DNA from: Pristiophorus japonicus
Taxonomy: Eukaryota
Assembly: GCF_044704955.1 (NCBI RefSeq)
Contig: NC_092010.1
Coordinates: forward strand, 6,572,001 to 6,636,000
Direction: 5' to 3'
Length of the DNA stretch: 64,000 nt
Both the position numbers and the translations under genes were made by a program. The first letter of the stretch is position 1. Every line of letters starts with the position of its first letter. The notes under the pieces are model-generated. The model was not told where the DNA came from and made no database searches. It saw nothing but the letters and a program-made list of their open reading frames with translations. Shown here one piece after another: positions 46,801 through 59,600 of the stretch.

Positions 46801-49800
46801 GGTGGAGCTGGGAGATGGGTTGGGGGCGGAGCTGGGAGAGGGGCTATGGGTGGAGCTGGGAGTGAGCCTTGGGGCGAAGCTGGAATTGTGTCTGGGGGGG
46901 CAGCTGTGAGAGGGGCTGGGGGCGGAGCTGGTCATGGGGCTGGGGGCGGAGCTGGGAGTGAGCCTGGGGTGGAGCTGGGAGATGGGTTGGGGGCGGAGCT
47001 GGGAGAGGGGTTGGGGGCGGAGCTGGGAGTGAGCCTGGGAGCGGAGCTGGGTCTGAGCCTGAGGCCGGAGCTGGGACTGGGCCTGGGGACGGAGCTGGGA
47101 GTAGGCTGGGGGTGGAGCTGGGAGTGAGCTAGGGGAGGAGCTGGGAGCGAGCCTGGGGGCGGAGCTGGAAGAAGGGCTGGGGGCGGAGCTGGGAGTGAGC
47201 CTGGGAGCGGAGCTGGGAGTGAGCCTGGGGGCGGAGCTGGGAGAGGGGCTGGGGGCGTAGCTGGCAGTGGGGCTGGGGGCGGAGCTGGTAGATGGGCTGG
47301 GGGCTCAGCTGGGAGAGGGGCTGGGGGCTCAGCTGGGAGAGGGACTGGGGGCGGAGCTGGGAGTGGGGCTGCAGGCGGAGCTGGGAGTGAGCTAGGGGAG
47401 GAGCTGGGAGTGAGCCTGGGGGCGGAGCTGGGAGTGAGCCTGGGGGCGGAGCTGGGAGAGGGGCTGGAGGCGGAGCTGGGAGTGAGCTAAGGGAGGAGCT
47501 GGGAGTGGGGCTGCAGGCGGAGCTGGGAGTGAGCTAGGGGAGGAGCTGGGAGAGGGGCTGGGGGTGGAGCTGCGAGTGGGGCTGAGGCCGGAGGTGGGAG
47601 AGGGGTTGGCGGCGGAGCTGGGATTGGGCCTGGAGGTGCAGCTGGAAGAGCGGTTGGTGGCGGAGCTGCGAGTGAGCCTGGCGGCGGAGCTGGGAGAGGG
47701 GTTGGGGTCGGAGATAGGAGTGAGCCTGGGGGCAGAGCTGGGAGTGGGGCTGGGGGTGGAGCTGGTAGTGGGTCTGGTGGCGGAGCTGGGAGAGGGGCTG
47801 TGGGCTGAGCTGGGAGTGTGCCTGGGTGCGGAGCTGTGAGTGGGGCGGGTGCGGAGCTCGTAGTGGGGCTCTGGGCGGAGCTGGGAGATGGGCTGGGGGT
47901 GGAGCTGTGAGAGGGGCTGGTGGCGGAGCTGGGAGTGAGCCTTGGGGCAGAGCTGTGAGTGTGGCTGGGGGCGGAGCTGGGAGTGAGCCTTGGGGCAGAG
48001 CTAGGATTGTGTCTGGTGGGGCAGCTGTGAGAGGGGCTGGGGATGGAGTTGGTAGTGGGGCTGGGGGGCGGAGCTGGGAGTGGGGCTGGGGGCGGAGCTG
48101 AGAGAGGGGTTGGGGCAGAGCTGGGAGTGAGCCTGGGGGTGGAGCTGGGAGTGAGCCTGGGGGCGGAGCTGGGAGAAGGGCTGGGGGCGGGGAAGTGAGA
48201 GGGGCTGGGGGCGGAGCTGGGAGCGAGCCTTGGGGCGGAGCTGGGATTGTGTCTGGTGGGGCAGCTGTGAGAGGGGCTGGGGGCGGAGCTGGTAGTGGGG
48301 CTGGTGGCGTAGCTGGGAGTGGGGCTGCGGGTGGAGCTGAGAGAGGGGCTGGGGTGGAGCTGGGAGTGGGGCTGGGGGCGGAGCTGATAGTGGGGCTGGG
48401 GGCGGAGCTGGTAGTGGGGCTGGTGGCGGAGCTGGGAGAGGGGCTGGAGGCGGAGCTGGGAGTGTGCCTGGGTGCGGAGCTGTGAGTGGGGCGGGTGCGG
48501 AGCTCGCATTGGGGCTCTGGGCGGAGCTGGGAGTGGGGCTACGGGTGGAGCTGGGAGAGGGGCTGGAGGCGGGGAAGTGAGAGGGGCTGTGGGCGGAGCT
48601 GGGAGTGGGGCTGGGAATGAGCCTTGGGGCGGAGCTGGGATTGTGTCTGGTGGGGCAGGTGTGAAGGGGGATGGGGGTGGAGCTGGTAGTGGGGCTGGGG
48701 GCGGAGCTGGGAGTGGGGCTGGGGGTGGAGCTGAGAGAGGGTTTGGGGCGGAGCTGGGAGATAGGTTGGGGCGGAGCTGGGAGTCGGTCTGGGGACAGAG
48801 CTGGGAGAGGGGCTGTGGGCGGAGCTGGGAGTCGGTCTGGGTCGAAGCTGGGAGTGAGCCTTGGGGCGAAGCTGGAATTGTGTCTGGGGGGGCAGCTGTG
48901 AGACGGGCTGGGGCGGAGCTGGGAGTGAGCCTGGGGGTGGAGCTGGGAGTGAGCCTGGGGCTGGAGCTGGGAGAAGGGTTGGGGGCGGAGATGAGAGTGA
49001 GCCTGGGGGCGGAGCTGGGAGTGGGGCTGGGGGTGGAGCTGGTAGTGGGTCTGGTGGCGGAGCTGGGAGAGGGGCTGTGGGCTGAGCTGGGAGTGTGCCT
49101 GGGTGCGGAGCTGTGAGTGGGGCGGGTGCGGAGCTCGTAGTGGGGCTCTGGGCGGAGCTGGGAGATGGGCTGGGGGTGGAGCTGTGAGAGGGGCTGGTGG
49201 CGGAGCTGGGAGTGGAGCTGGGGACGGAGCTGCGAGTGGGGCTGGGGCCGGAGCTGGTAGTGGGGCTGGGGGGCGGAGCTGGGAGTGGGGCTGGGGGCGG
49301 AGCTGCGAGTGGGGCTGGGGCCGGAGCTGGGAGAGGGGCTGGCGGCGGAGCTGGGAGTGAGCCTGGCGGCGGAGCTGCAAGAGGGTTTGGGGGCGGAGTT
49401 GGAAGTGAGCCTTGGAGCGGGGCTGGGAGAGGGGTTGGGGGCGGAGATGGGAGTGAGCCTGGGTGCGGAGCTGGGAGTGGGGCTGGGGCCGGAGCTGGGA
49501 GAGGGGCTGGGGGCGGAGCTGCGAGTGGGGCTGGGAGCGGAGCTGGGCGAGGGCTTGGGGGCGGAGCTGGGAGTGAGCCAAGGGGCGGATCTGGGAGTGG
49601 GGCTGGGGGCGGAGCTGGGAGTGAGCCAAGGGGCGGATCTGGGAGTGGGGCTGGGGGCGGAGCTGGGACTGAGCCTGAGGCCGGAGCTGGTAGTGAGGCT
49701 GGGTGAGGAGCTGGGAGTTGGCCTGGGGGCGGAGGTGGGAGAGGGGCTGGGGGCGGAGCTGGGCGTGAGCCTAGGCGCGGAGCTGGGAGTATGGCTGGGG

Positions 49801-52800
49801 TCAGAGCTGGGAGAGGGTCTGCGGGTGGAGCTGGGAGAGGGACTTGTGGCGGAGCTGAGAGAGGGGCTGGTGGCGGAAATGAGAGAGGGGCTGGTGGCGG
49901 AGCTGGGAGTGGGGCTGTGGGCTGAGCTGGGAGTGTGCCTGGGTGCGGAGCTGTGAGTGGGGCGGGTGCGGAGCTTGTAGTGGGGCTCTGGGCGGAGCTG
50001 GGAGATGGGCTGGGGGTGGAGTTGTGCGAGGGGCTGTGGGCGGAGCTGGGAGTGGGGCTGGTGGCGGAGCTGGAAGTGGGGCGCAGGGCGGAACTGGGAG
50101 ATGGGCTGGGGGTGGAGTTGTGCGAGGGGCTGTGGGCGGAGCTGGGAGTGGGGCTGGTGGCGGAGCTGGAAGTGGGGCGCAGGGCGGAGCTGGGAGAGGG
50201 GCTGGGGACGGGGAAGTGAGAAGGGCTGTGGGGGGAGCTGGGAGTGGGGCTGGGGGCGGAGCTGGGAGTGGGGCTGGGGGTGGAGCAGGGAGTGGGGCTG
50301 GAGGCGGAGCTGGGAGTGAGCTAGCGGAGGAGCTGGGAGTGAGCCTGAGGGCGGAGCTGGGACTGAGCCTGAGGCCGGAGCTGGTAGTGAGGCTGGGTGA
50401 GAAGCTGGGCGTGAGCCTGGGGTCAGAGCTGGGAGAGGGGTTGGGGGCAGAGCTGCGAGTGGGGCTGGGGCTGGAGCTGGGAGTGGGGCTGGGGCCGGAG
50501 CTGGGAGAGGGGCTGAGGGCGGAGCTGCGAGTGGGGCTGGGAGCGGAGCTGGGCGAGGGGTTGGGGGCGGAGCTGGGAGTGAGCCAAGGGGCGGATCTGG
50601 GAGTGGGGCTGGGGGCGGAGCTGGGACTGAGCCTGAGGCCGGAGCTGGTAGTGAGGCTGGGTGAGGAGCTGGGAGTTGGCCTGGGGGCGGAGGTGGGAGA
50701 GGGGCTGGGGGCGGAGCTGGGCGTGAGCCTAGGCGCGGAGCTGGGAGTATGGCTGGGGGCAGAGCTGGGAGAGGGGCTGGGGGCTCAGCTGGGAGAGGGG
50801 CTGGGGGCTCAGCTGGGAGTGGGGCTGCAGGCGGAGCTGGTAGTGGGGCTGTGGGCTGAGCTGGGAGCGTGCCTGGGTGCGGAGCTGTGAGTGGGGCGGG
50901 TGCGGAGATCGTAGTGGGGCTCTGGGCGGAGCTGGGAGAGGGGTTGGGGGTGGAGCTGTGAGAGGGGCTGGGGGTGGAGCTGTGAGAGGGGCTGTGGGCG
51001 GAGCTGGGAGTGGGGCTGGTGGCGGAGCTGCGAGGGGGGCGCAGGGCGGATCTGGGAGAGGGGCTGAGGGCGCGGAAGTGAGAGGGGCTGTGGGGGGAGC
51101 TGGGTGTGGGGCTGGGGGCGGAGCTGGGATTGTGTCTGGTGGGGCAGCTGTGAGAGGGGCTGGGGCCGGAGCTGGTAGTGGGGCTGGGGGCGGAGCTGGG
51201 AGTGGGGCTGGGGGTGGAGCTGAGAGAGGGTTTGGGCTGGAGCTTGGAGTGAGCCTGGGGGTGGAGCTGGGAGATGGGTTGGGGGCGGAGCTGGGAGAGG
51301 GGCTGTGGGTGGAGCTGGGAGTGAGCCTTGGGGCGAAGCTGGAATTGTGTCTGGGGGGGCAGCTGTGAGAGGGGCTGGGGGCGGAGCTGGTCATGGGGCT
51401 GAAGGCGGAGCTGGGAGTGAGCCTGGGGGTGGAGCTGGGAGAGGGGCTGGGGGCGTAGCTGGCAGTGGGGCTGGGGGCGGAGCTGGTAGATGGGCTGGGG
51501 GCTCAGCTGGGAGAGGGGCTGGGGGCTCAGCTGGGAGAGGGACTGGGGGCGGAGCTGGGAGTGGGGCTGCAGGCGGAGCTGGGAGTGAGCTAGGGGAGGA
51601 GCTGGGAGTGAGCCTGGGGGCGGAGCTGGGAGTGAGCCTGGGGGCGGAGCTGGGAGAGGGGCTGGAGGCGGAGCTGGGAGTGAGCTAAGGGAGGAGCTGG
51701 GAGTGGGGCTGCAGGCGGAGCTGGGAGTGAGCTAGGGGAGGAGCTGGGAGAGGGGCTGGGGGTGGAGCTGCGAGTGGGGCTGAGGCCGGAGGTGGGAGAG
51801 GGGTTGGCGGCGGAGCTGGGATTGGGCCTGGAGGTGCAGCTGGAAGAGCGGTTGGGGGCGGAGCTGCGAGTGAGCCTGGCGGCGGAGCTGGGAGAGGGGT
51901 TGGGGTCGGAGATGGGAGTGAGCCTGGGGGCAGAGCTGGGAGTGGGGCTGGGGGTGGAGCTGGTAGTGGGTCTGGTGGCGGAGCTGGGAGAGGCGCTGTG
52001 GGCTGAGCTGGGAGTGTGCCTGGGTGCGGAGCTGTGAGTGGGGCGGGTGCGGAGCTCGTAGTGGGGCTCTGGGCGGAGCTGGGAGATGGGCTGGGGGTGG
52101 AGCTGTGAGAGGGGCTGGTGGCGGAGCTGGGAGTGAGCCTTGGGGCAGAGCTGTGAGTGTGGCTGGGGGCGGAGCTGGGAGTGAGCCTTGGGGCAGAGCT
52201 GGGATTGTGTCTGGTGGGGCAGCTGTGAGAGGGGCTGGGGATGGAGTTGGTAGTGGGGCTGGGGGGCGGAGCTGGGAGTGGGGCTGGGGGCGGAGCTGGG
52301 AGTGGGGCTGGGGGCGGAGCTGAGAGAGGGGTTGGGGCAGAGCTGGGAGTGAGCCTGGGGGTGGAGCTGGGAGTGAGCCTGGGGGCGGAGCTGGGAGAAG
52401 GGCTGGGGGCTGGGAAGTGAGAGGGGCTGGGGGCGGAGCTGGGAGCGAGCCTTGGGGCGGAGCTGGGATTGTGTCTGGTGGGGCAGCTGTGAGAGGGGCT
52501 GGGGGCGGAGCTGGTAGTGGGGCTGCGGGTGGAGCTGAGAGACGGGTTGGGGTGGAGCTGGGAGTGAGCCTGGGGGGCGGAGCTGGGAGAGGGGCTGGGA
52601 GTGAGCCTGGGGGCGGAGCTGGGAGAGGTGCCAGGGGCTGAGCTGGGAGTGGGGCTGGGGGCGGAGCTGGGAGTGGGGCTGAGGGCGGAGCTGGGAGTGG
52701 GTCTGGGAGCGGAGCTGGGAGTGAGCCTGGGGGCGGAGCTGATAGTGGGGCTGGGGGCGGAGCTGGTAGTGGGGCTGGTGGCGGAGCTGGGAGAGGGGCT

Positions 52801-55800
52801 GGAGGCGGAGCTGGGAGTGTGCCTGGGTGCGGAGCTGTGAGTGGGGCGGGTGCGGAGCTCGCAGTGGGGCTCTGGGCGGAGCTGGGAGTGGGGCTACGGG
52901 TGGAGCTGGGAGAGGGGCTGGAGGCGGGGAAGTGAGAGGGGCTGTGGGCGGAGCTGGGAGTGGGGCTGGGAGTGAGCCTTGGGGCGGAGCTGGGATTGTG
53001 TCTGGTGGGGCAGGTGTGAAAGGGGATGGGGGTGGAGCTGGTAGTGGGGCTGGGGGCGGAGCTGGGAGTGGGGCTGGGGGTGGAGCTGAGAGAGGGTTTG
53101 GGGCGGAGCTGGGAGATAGGTTGGGGCGGAGCTGGGAGTCGGTCTGGGGACAGAGCTGGGAGAGGGGCTGTGGGCGGAGCTGGGAGTCGGTCTGGGTCGG
53201 AGCTGGGAGTGAGCCTGGGGGTGGAGCTGGGAGTGAGCCTGGGGCTGGAGCTGGGAGAAGGGTTGGGGGCGGAGATGGGAGTGAGCCTGGGGGCGGAGCT
53301 GGGAGTGGGGCTGGGAGTGGGGCTGGGGGTGGAGCTGGTAGTGGGTCTGGTGGCGGAGCTGGTAGTGGGTCTGGTGGCGGAGCTGGGAGAGGGGCTGTGG
53401 GCTGAGCTGGGAGTGTGCCTGGGTGCGGAGCTGTGAGTGGGGCGGGTGCGGAGCTCGTAGTGGGGCTCTGGGCGGAGCTGGGAGATGGGCTGGGGGTGGA
53501 GCTGTGAGAGGGGCTGGTGGCGGAGCTGGGAGTGAGCCTTGGGGCAGAGCTGGAAGTGTGGCTGGGGACGGAGCTGCGAGTGGGGCTGGGGCCGGAGCTG
53601 GTAGTGGGGCTGGGGGGTGGAGCTGGGAGTGGGGCTGGGGGCGGAGCTGCGAGTGGGGCTGGGGCCGGAGCTGGGAGAGGGGCTGGCGGCGGAGCTGGGA
53701 GTGAGCCTGGCGGCGGAGCTGCAAGAGTGTTTGGGGGCGGAGTTGGAAGTGAGCCTTGGAGCGGGGCTGGGAGAGGGGTTGGGGGCGGAGATGGGAGTGA
53801 GCCTGGGTGCGGAGCTGGGAGTGGGGCTGGGGCCGGAGCTGGGAGAGGGGCTAGGGGCGGAGCTGCGAGTGGGGCTGGGAGCGGAGCTGGGCGAGGGCTT
53901 GGGGGCGGAGCTGGGAGTGAGCCAAGGGTCGGATCTGGGAGTGGGGCTGGGGGCGGAGCTGGGACTGAGCCTGAGGCCGGAGCTGGTAGTGAGGCTGGGT
54001 GAGGAGCTTGGAGTTGGCCTGGGGGCGGAGGTGGGAGAGGGGCTGGGGGCGGAGCTGGGCGTGAGCCTAGGCGCGGAGCTGGGAGTATGGCTGGGGGCAG
54101 AGCTGGGAGAGGGGCTGGGGGCTCAGCTGGGAGAGGGGCTGGGGGCTCAGCTGGGAGTGGGGCTGCAGGCGGAGCTGGTAGTGGGGCTGTGGGCTGAGCT
54201 GGGAGCGTGCCTGGGTGCGGAGATCGTAGTGGGGCTCTGGGCGGAGCTGGGAGAGGGGTTGGGGGTGGAGCTGTGAGAGAGGCTGGGGGTGGAGCTGTGA
54301 GAGGGGCTGTGGGCGGAGCTGGGAGTGGGGCTGGTGGCGGAGCTGCGAGGGGGGCGCAGGGCGGATCTGGGAGAGGGGCTGAGGGCGCGGAAGTGAGAAG
54401 GGTGTGGGGGGAGCTGGGTGTGGGGCTGGGGGCGGAGCTGGGATTGTGTCTGGTGGGGCAGCTGTGAGAGGGGCTGGGGACGGAGCTGGTAGTGGGGCTG
54501 GGGGCGGAGCTGGGAGTGGGGCTGGGGGTGGAGCTGAGAGAGGGTTTGGGCTGGAGCTTGGAGTGAGCCTGGGGGTGGAGATGGGAGATGGGTTGGGGGC
54601 GGAGCTGGGAGAGGGGCTGTGGGTGGAGCTGGGAGTGAGCCTTGGGGCGAAGCTGGAATTGTGACTGGGGGAGCAGCTGTGAGAGGGGCTGGGGGCGGAG
54701 CTGGTCGTGGGGCTGGGGGCGGAGCTGGGAGTGAGCCTGGGGGTGGAGCTGGGAGATGGGTTGGGGGCGGAGCTGGGAGAGAGGTTGGGGGCGGAGCTGG
54801 GAGTGAGCCTGGGAGTGGAGCTGGGTCTGAGCCTGAGGCCGGAGCTGGGAGTGGGGCTGGGGGCGGAGCTGCGAGTGGGGCTGGGAGCGGAGCTGGGCGA
54901 GGGGATGGGGACGGAGCTGGGAGTGAGCCAAGGGGCGGATCTGGGAGTGGGGCTGGGGGCGGAGCTGGGACTGAGCCTGAGGCCGGACCTGGGAGTGAGG
55001 CTGGGTGAGGAGCTGGGAGTTGGCCTGGGGTCGGAGGTGGGAGAGGGGCTGGGGGCGGAGCTGGGAGTATGGCTGGGGGCAGAGCTGTGAGAGGGGCTGG
55101 GGGCTCAGCTGGGAGAGGGGCTGGGGGCTCAGCTGGGAGAGGGGCTGGGGGCGGAGCTGGGAGAGGGGCTGGGGGCTCAGCTGGGAGAGGGGCTGGGGGC
55201 GGAGCTGGGAGTGAGTCTGGGGGCGGAGCTGTGAGAGGGGCTGGGGCGGAGCTGGGAGTGGGGCTGGGGGCGGAGCTGGGTGTATGGCTGGGGGGGGAGC
55301 TGGGAGTGGGGCTCTGGGCGGAGCTGGGAGAGGGGCTAGCGGCGGAGATGGGAGTGGTGCTGGGGGCGGAGCTGGGAGTGAGCCTGGGGGCGGAGCTAGG
55401 AGAAGGGTTGGGGGCGGAGCTGGGAGTGAGCCTTGGAGCGGAGCTGGGAGAGGGGTTGGGGCGGAGATGGGAGTGAGCCTGGGGGCTGAGCTGGGAGTGT
55501 GCCTGGGTGCGGAGCTGTGAGAGAGGTTGGGGCAGAGCTGGGAGTGAGCCTGAGGGTGGAGCTGGGAGTGAGCCTGGGGGCGGAGCTGGGAGAAGGGCTG
55601 GGGGCGGAGCTGGGAGTGAGCCTGGGGGCGGAGCTGGGAGAGGAACTGGGAGAGGGGTTGGGGGCGGAACTGGGAGTGAGTCTGGGGGTGGAGCTGGGAG
55701 AAGGGTTGGGGCAGAGCTGGGAGTGAGCCTGGGGGTGGAGCTGGGAGTGAGCCTGGGGGCGGAGCTGGGAGTGAGCCTGGGGGCGGAGCTGGGAGAAGGG

Positions 55801-56639
55801 CTGGGGGCGGAGCTGGGAGAGGAACTGGGAGAGGGGTTGGGGGCGGAACTGGGAGTGAGCCTGGGGGTGGAGCTGGGAGAAGGGTTGGGGGCGGAGCTGG
55901 GAGTGAGCTAGGGGAGGAGCAGGGAGTGAGCCTGGCGGCGGAGCTGGGAGAAGGGCTGGGGGCGGAGCTGGGAGTGAGCCTGGGGGCGGAGCTGGGAGTG
56001 AGCCTGGGGGCGGAGCTGGGAGAGGGGCTGGGGGCGGAGCTGGGAGAGGTGCTGGGGGCGGAGCTTGCAGTGGGGCTGGGGTCAGATCTGGTAGATGGGC
56101 TGGAGGCGGTGCTGGGAGTGGGGCCGGGGCCGGAGCTGGGAGAGGGGTTGGGGGCGGAGCTGGGAGTGAGCCTGGGGGCGGAGCTGGGAGAGGGGCTGGA
56201 GGCGGAGCTGGGAGTGAGCTAGGGGAGGAGCTGGGAGGGAGCCTGGGGTCAGAGCTGGGAGAGGGGTTGGGGGCTGAGCTGCGAGTGGGGCTTGGGCCGG
56301 AGCTGGGAGAGGGGCTGGGGATGGAGCTGGTAGTGGGGCTGGGGGCGGAGCTGAGAGTGGGGCTGGGGGTGGAGCTGAGAGAGGGTTTGGGGCGGAGCTG
56401 GGAGTGAGCCTGGGGGCGGAGCTGGGAGTCGGTCTGGGTCGGAGCTGGGAGTGAGCCTTGGGGCGAAGCTGGAATTGTGTCTGGGGGGGTAGCTGTCAGA
56501 GGGGCTGGGGGCGGAGCTGGTAGTGAGGATGGGGGCGGAGCTGAGAGAGGGGTTGGGGCGGAGCTGGGAGTGAGCCTGGGGGCGGAGCTGGGAGTCGGTC
56601 TGGGTCGGAGCTGGGAGTGAGCCTTGGGGCGAAGCTGGA

Positions 56640-59600
56640 ATTGTGTCTGGGGGGGCAGCTGTGAGCGGAGCTGGTAGTGAGCCTGGGGGTGGAGCTGGGA
56701 GTGAGCCTGGGGGTGGAGCTGGGAGAGGAACTGGGAGAGGGGTTGGGGGCGGAGCTGTGAGTGAGTCTGGGGGTGGAGCTGGGAGAAGGGTTGGGGGCGG
56801 AGCTGTGAGTGAGCCTGGGGGCGGAGCAGGGTCTGAGCCGGAGGCCGGAGCTGGGAGAAGGGCTGGGGGCGGAGCTGGGAGTGAGCCTGGGGCGGAGCTG
56901 GGAGAGGGGCTGGTGATGGAGCTGGGAGAGAGGCTGGTGGCGGAGCTGAGAGAGGTGCTGGTGGCGGAGCTGGGAGAGGGTCTGCAGGTGGAGCTGGGAG
57001 AGGGGCTGGTGGCGGAGCTGAGAGTGGGGCTGGTGGTGGAGCTGAGAGAGGGGCTTGTGGCGGAGCTGAGTGAGGGGCTGGTGGCGGAGCTGAGAGACGG
57101 TCTGCGGGCAGTGCTGGGAGAGGGACTGGTGGCGGAGTTGAGAGAGGGGCTGCGGGTGGAGCTGGGAGAGGGTCTGCGGGTGGAGCTAGGAGAGGGGCTG
57201 GTGGTCGAGCTGAGAGTGGGGCTGGTGGCGGAGCTGAGAGAGGGGCTGGTGGCAGAGCTGGGAGAGGGTCTGCGGGTGGAGCTGGGAGAGGGACTTGTAG
57301 CGGCGCTGAGAGAGGGGCTGTTGGCGGAGCTGAGAAAGGGGCTGGGGGTGGAGCTGAGAAAGGGTTTGGGGGTGGAGCTGGGAGAGGGTCTGCGGGTGGA
57401 GCTGGGAGAGGGACTGGTGGCGGAGCTGAGAGAAGGGCTGGTGGCGGAGCTGAGAGAGGGTCTGCGGGTGGAGCTGGGAGAGGGACTTGTGGCGGCGCTG
57501 AGAGAGGGGCTGTTGGCGGAGCTGAGAAAGGGGCTGGGGGTGGAGCTGAGAGAGGGTTTGGGGGGTGGAGTTGGGAGAGGGTCTGCGGGTGGAGCTGGAA
57601 GAGGGTCTGCGGGTGGAGCTGGGAGAGGGGCTGGTGGCGGAGCTGAGAGAGGGACTGGTGGCGGAGCTGAGAGAGGGGCTGGTGGCGGAGCTGGGAGAGG
57701 GCCTGCGGGTGGAGCTGGGAGTTGGGCTGGTGGCTGAGCTGAGAGAGGGGCTGGTGGCGGAGCTGAGAAAGGGGCTGGTGGCGGAACTGAGAGAGGGGCT
57801 GGTGGCGGAACTGAGAGAGGGGCTGGTGGCGGAGCTGGGAGTGGGGCTGGTGGCGGAGCTTGGAGAGGGGCTGTGGGCTGAGCTGGGAGTCTGCCTGGGT
57901 GCGGAGCTGTGATTGGGGCGGGTGCGGAGCTCGAAGTGGGGCTCTGGGCAGAACTGGGAGATGGGCTGGGGGTGGAGTTGTGCGAGGGGCTGTGGGCGGA
58001 GCTGGGAGTGGGGCTGGTGGCGGAGCTGGGAGTGGGGCGCAGGGCGGAGCTGGGAGAGGGGCGGGGAAGTGAGAAGGGCTGTGGGGGGAGCTGGGAGTGG
58101 GGCTGGGGGCAGAGCTGGGAGTGGGGCTGGGGGTGGAGCTGGGAGTGAGCCTGAGGGCGGAGCTGGGCGTGAGCCTGGGGTCAGAGCTGGGAGAGGGGTT
58201 GGGGGCAGAGCTGCGAGTGGGGCTGGGGCAGGAGCTGGGAGAGGGGCTGGGGGTGGAGCTGGGAGTGGGGCTGGGGGTGGAGCTGGGAGAAGGGTTGGGG
58301 GCGGAGCTGGGCGTGAGCCTGGGGTCAGAGCTGGGAGAGGGGTTGGGGGCAGAGCTGCGAGTGGGGCTGGGGCAGGAGCTGGGAGAGGGGCTGGGGCAGG
58401 AGCTGGGAGTGGGGCTGGGGGTGGAGCTGAGAGAGGGTTTGGGGCGGAGCTGGGAGTGAGTTTGGGGGTGGAGCTGGGAGATGGGTTGGGGGCGGAGCTG
58501 GGAGTGAGCCTTGGGGCGAAGCTGGAATTGTGTCTGGGGGGGCAGCTGTGAGCGGAGCTGGTAGTGAGCCTGGGGGTGGAGCTGAGAGTGAGCCTGGGGG
58601 TGGAGCTGGGAGAGGAACTGGGAGAGGGGTTGGGGGCGGAGCTGGGAGTGAGTCTGGGGGTGGAGCTGGGAGAAGGGTTGGGGGCGGAGCTGGGAGTGAG
58701 CCTGGGGGCGGAGCTGGGTCTGAGCCGGAGGCCGGAGCTGGGAGAAGGGCTGGGGGCGGAGCTGGGAGTGAGCCTGGGGGCGGAGCTGGGAGAGGGGCTG
58801 GTGATGGAGCTGGGAGAGGGGCTGGTGGCGGAGCTGAGAGAGGGGCTGGTGGCGGAGCTGGGAGAGGGTCTGCGGGTGGAGCTGGGATAGGGTCTGCGGG
58901 CGGAGCTGGGAGAGGGCCTGGAGGCGGAGATGAGAGAGGGTCTGGTGGTGGAGCTGCGAGAGGGGCTGGTGGTGGAGCTGGGAGAGGGGCTGGTGGCGGA
59001 GCTGAGAGAGGTGCTGGTGTCGGAGCTGAGAGAGGGGCTGGTGGCGGAGCTGGGAGAGGGTCTGGTGGCGGAGCTGGGAGAGGATCTGGTGGCGGAGCTG
59101 AGAGAGGGGCTGGTGGCGGAGCTGGGAGAGGGTCTGGTGGCGGAGCTGGGAGAGGGTCTGCGGGTGGTGCTGGGAGAGGGTCTGCGGGTGGAGCTGGGAG
59201 AGGGGCTGGTGGCGGAGCTGAGAGTGGGGCTGGTGGCGGAGCTGAGAGAGGGGCTGGTGGCGGAGCTGGGAGAGGGTCTGCGGGTGGAGCTGGGAGAGGG
59301 TCTGCGGGCGGAGCTGGGAGGGGGTCTGCGGGCAGTGCTGGGAGGGGGACTGGTGGCGGAGCTGAGAGAGGGGCTGCGGGTGGAGCTGGGAGAGTGTCTG
59401 CGGGTGGAGCTGGGAGAGGGGCTGCTGGTCGAGCCGAGAGTGGGGCTGGTGGCGGAGCTGAGAGAGGGGCTGGTGACGGAGCTGGGAGAGGGTCTGCGGG
59501 TGGAGCTGGGAGAGGGACTTGTGGCGGCGCTGAGAGAGGGGCTGTTGGCGGAGCTGAGAAAGGGGCTGGGGGTGGAGCTGAGAGAGGGTTTGGGGGTGGA

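Larger units (their letters stand above)
21820..47900 (+). repeat. Three copies of a macro-unit (6338-bp core; 9446 bp with both internal duplications)
   Basis: Offset 9446 for 32042/41488, 32104/41550, 33742/43188 and 35046/44492. Offset 6338 for 41226/47564 and 41488/47826. Offset 10397 across the gap for 23345/33742 and 24649/35046. Confidence 0.9.
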
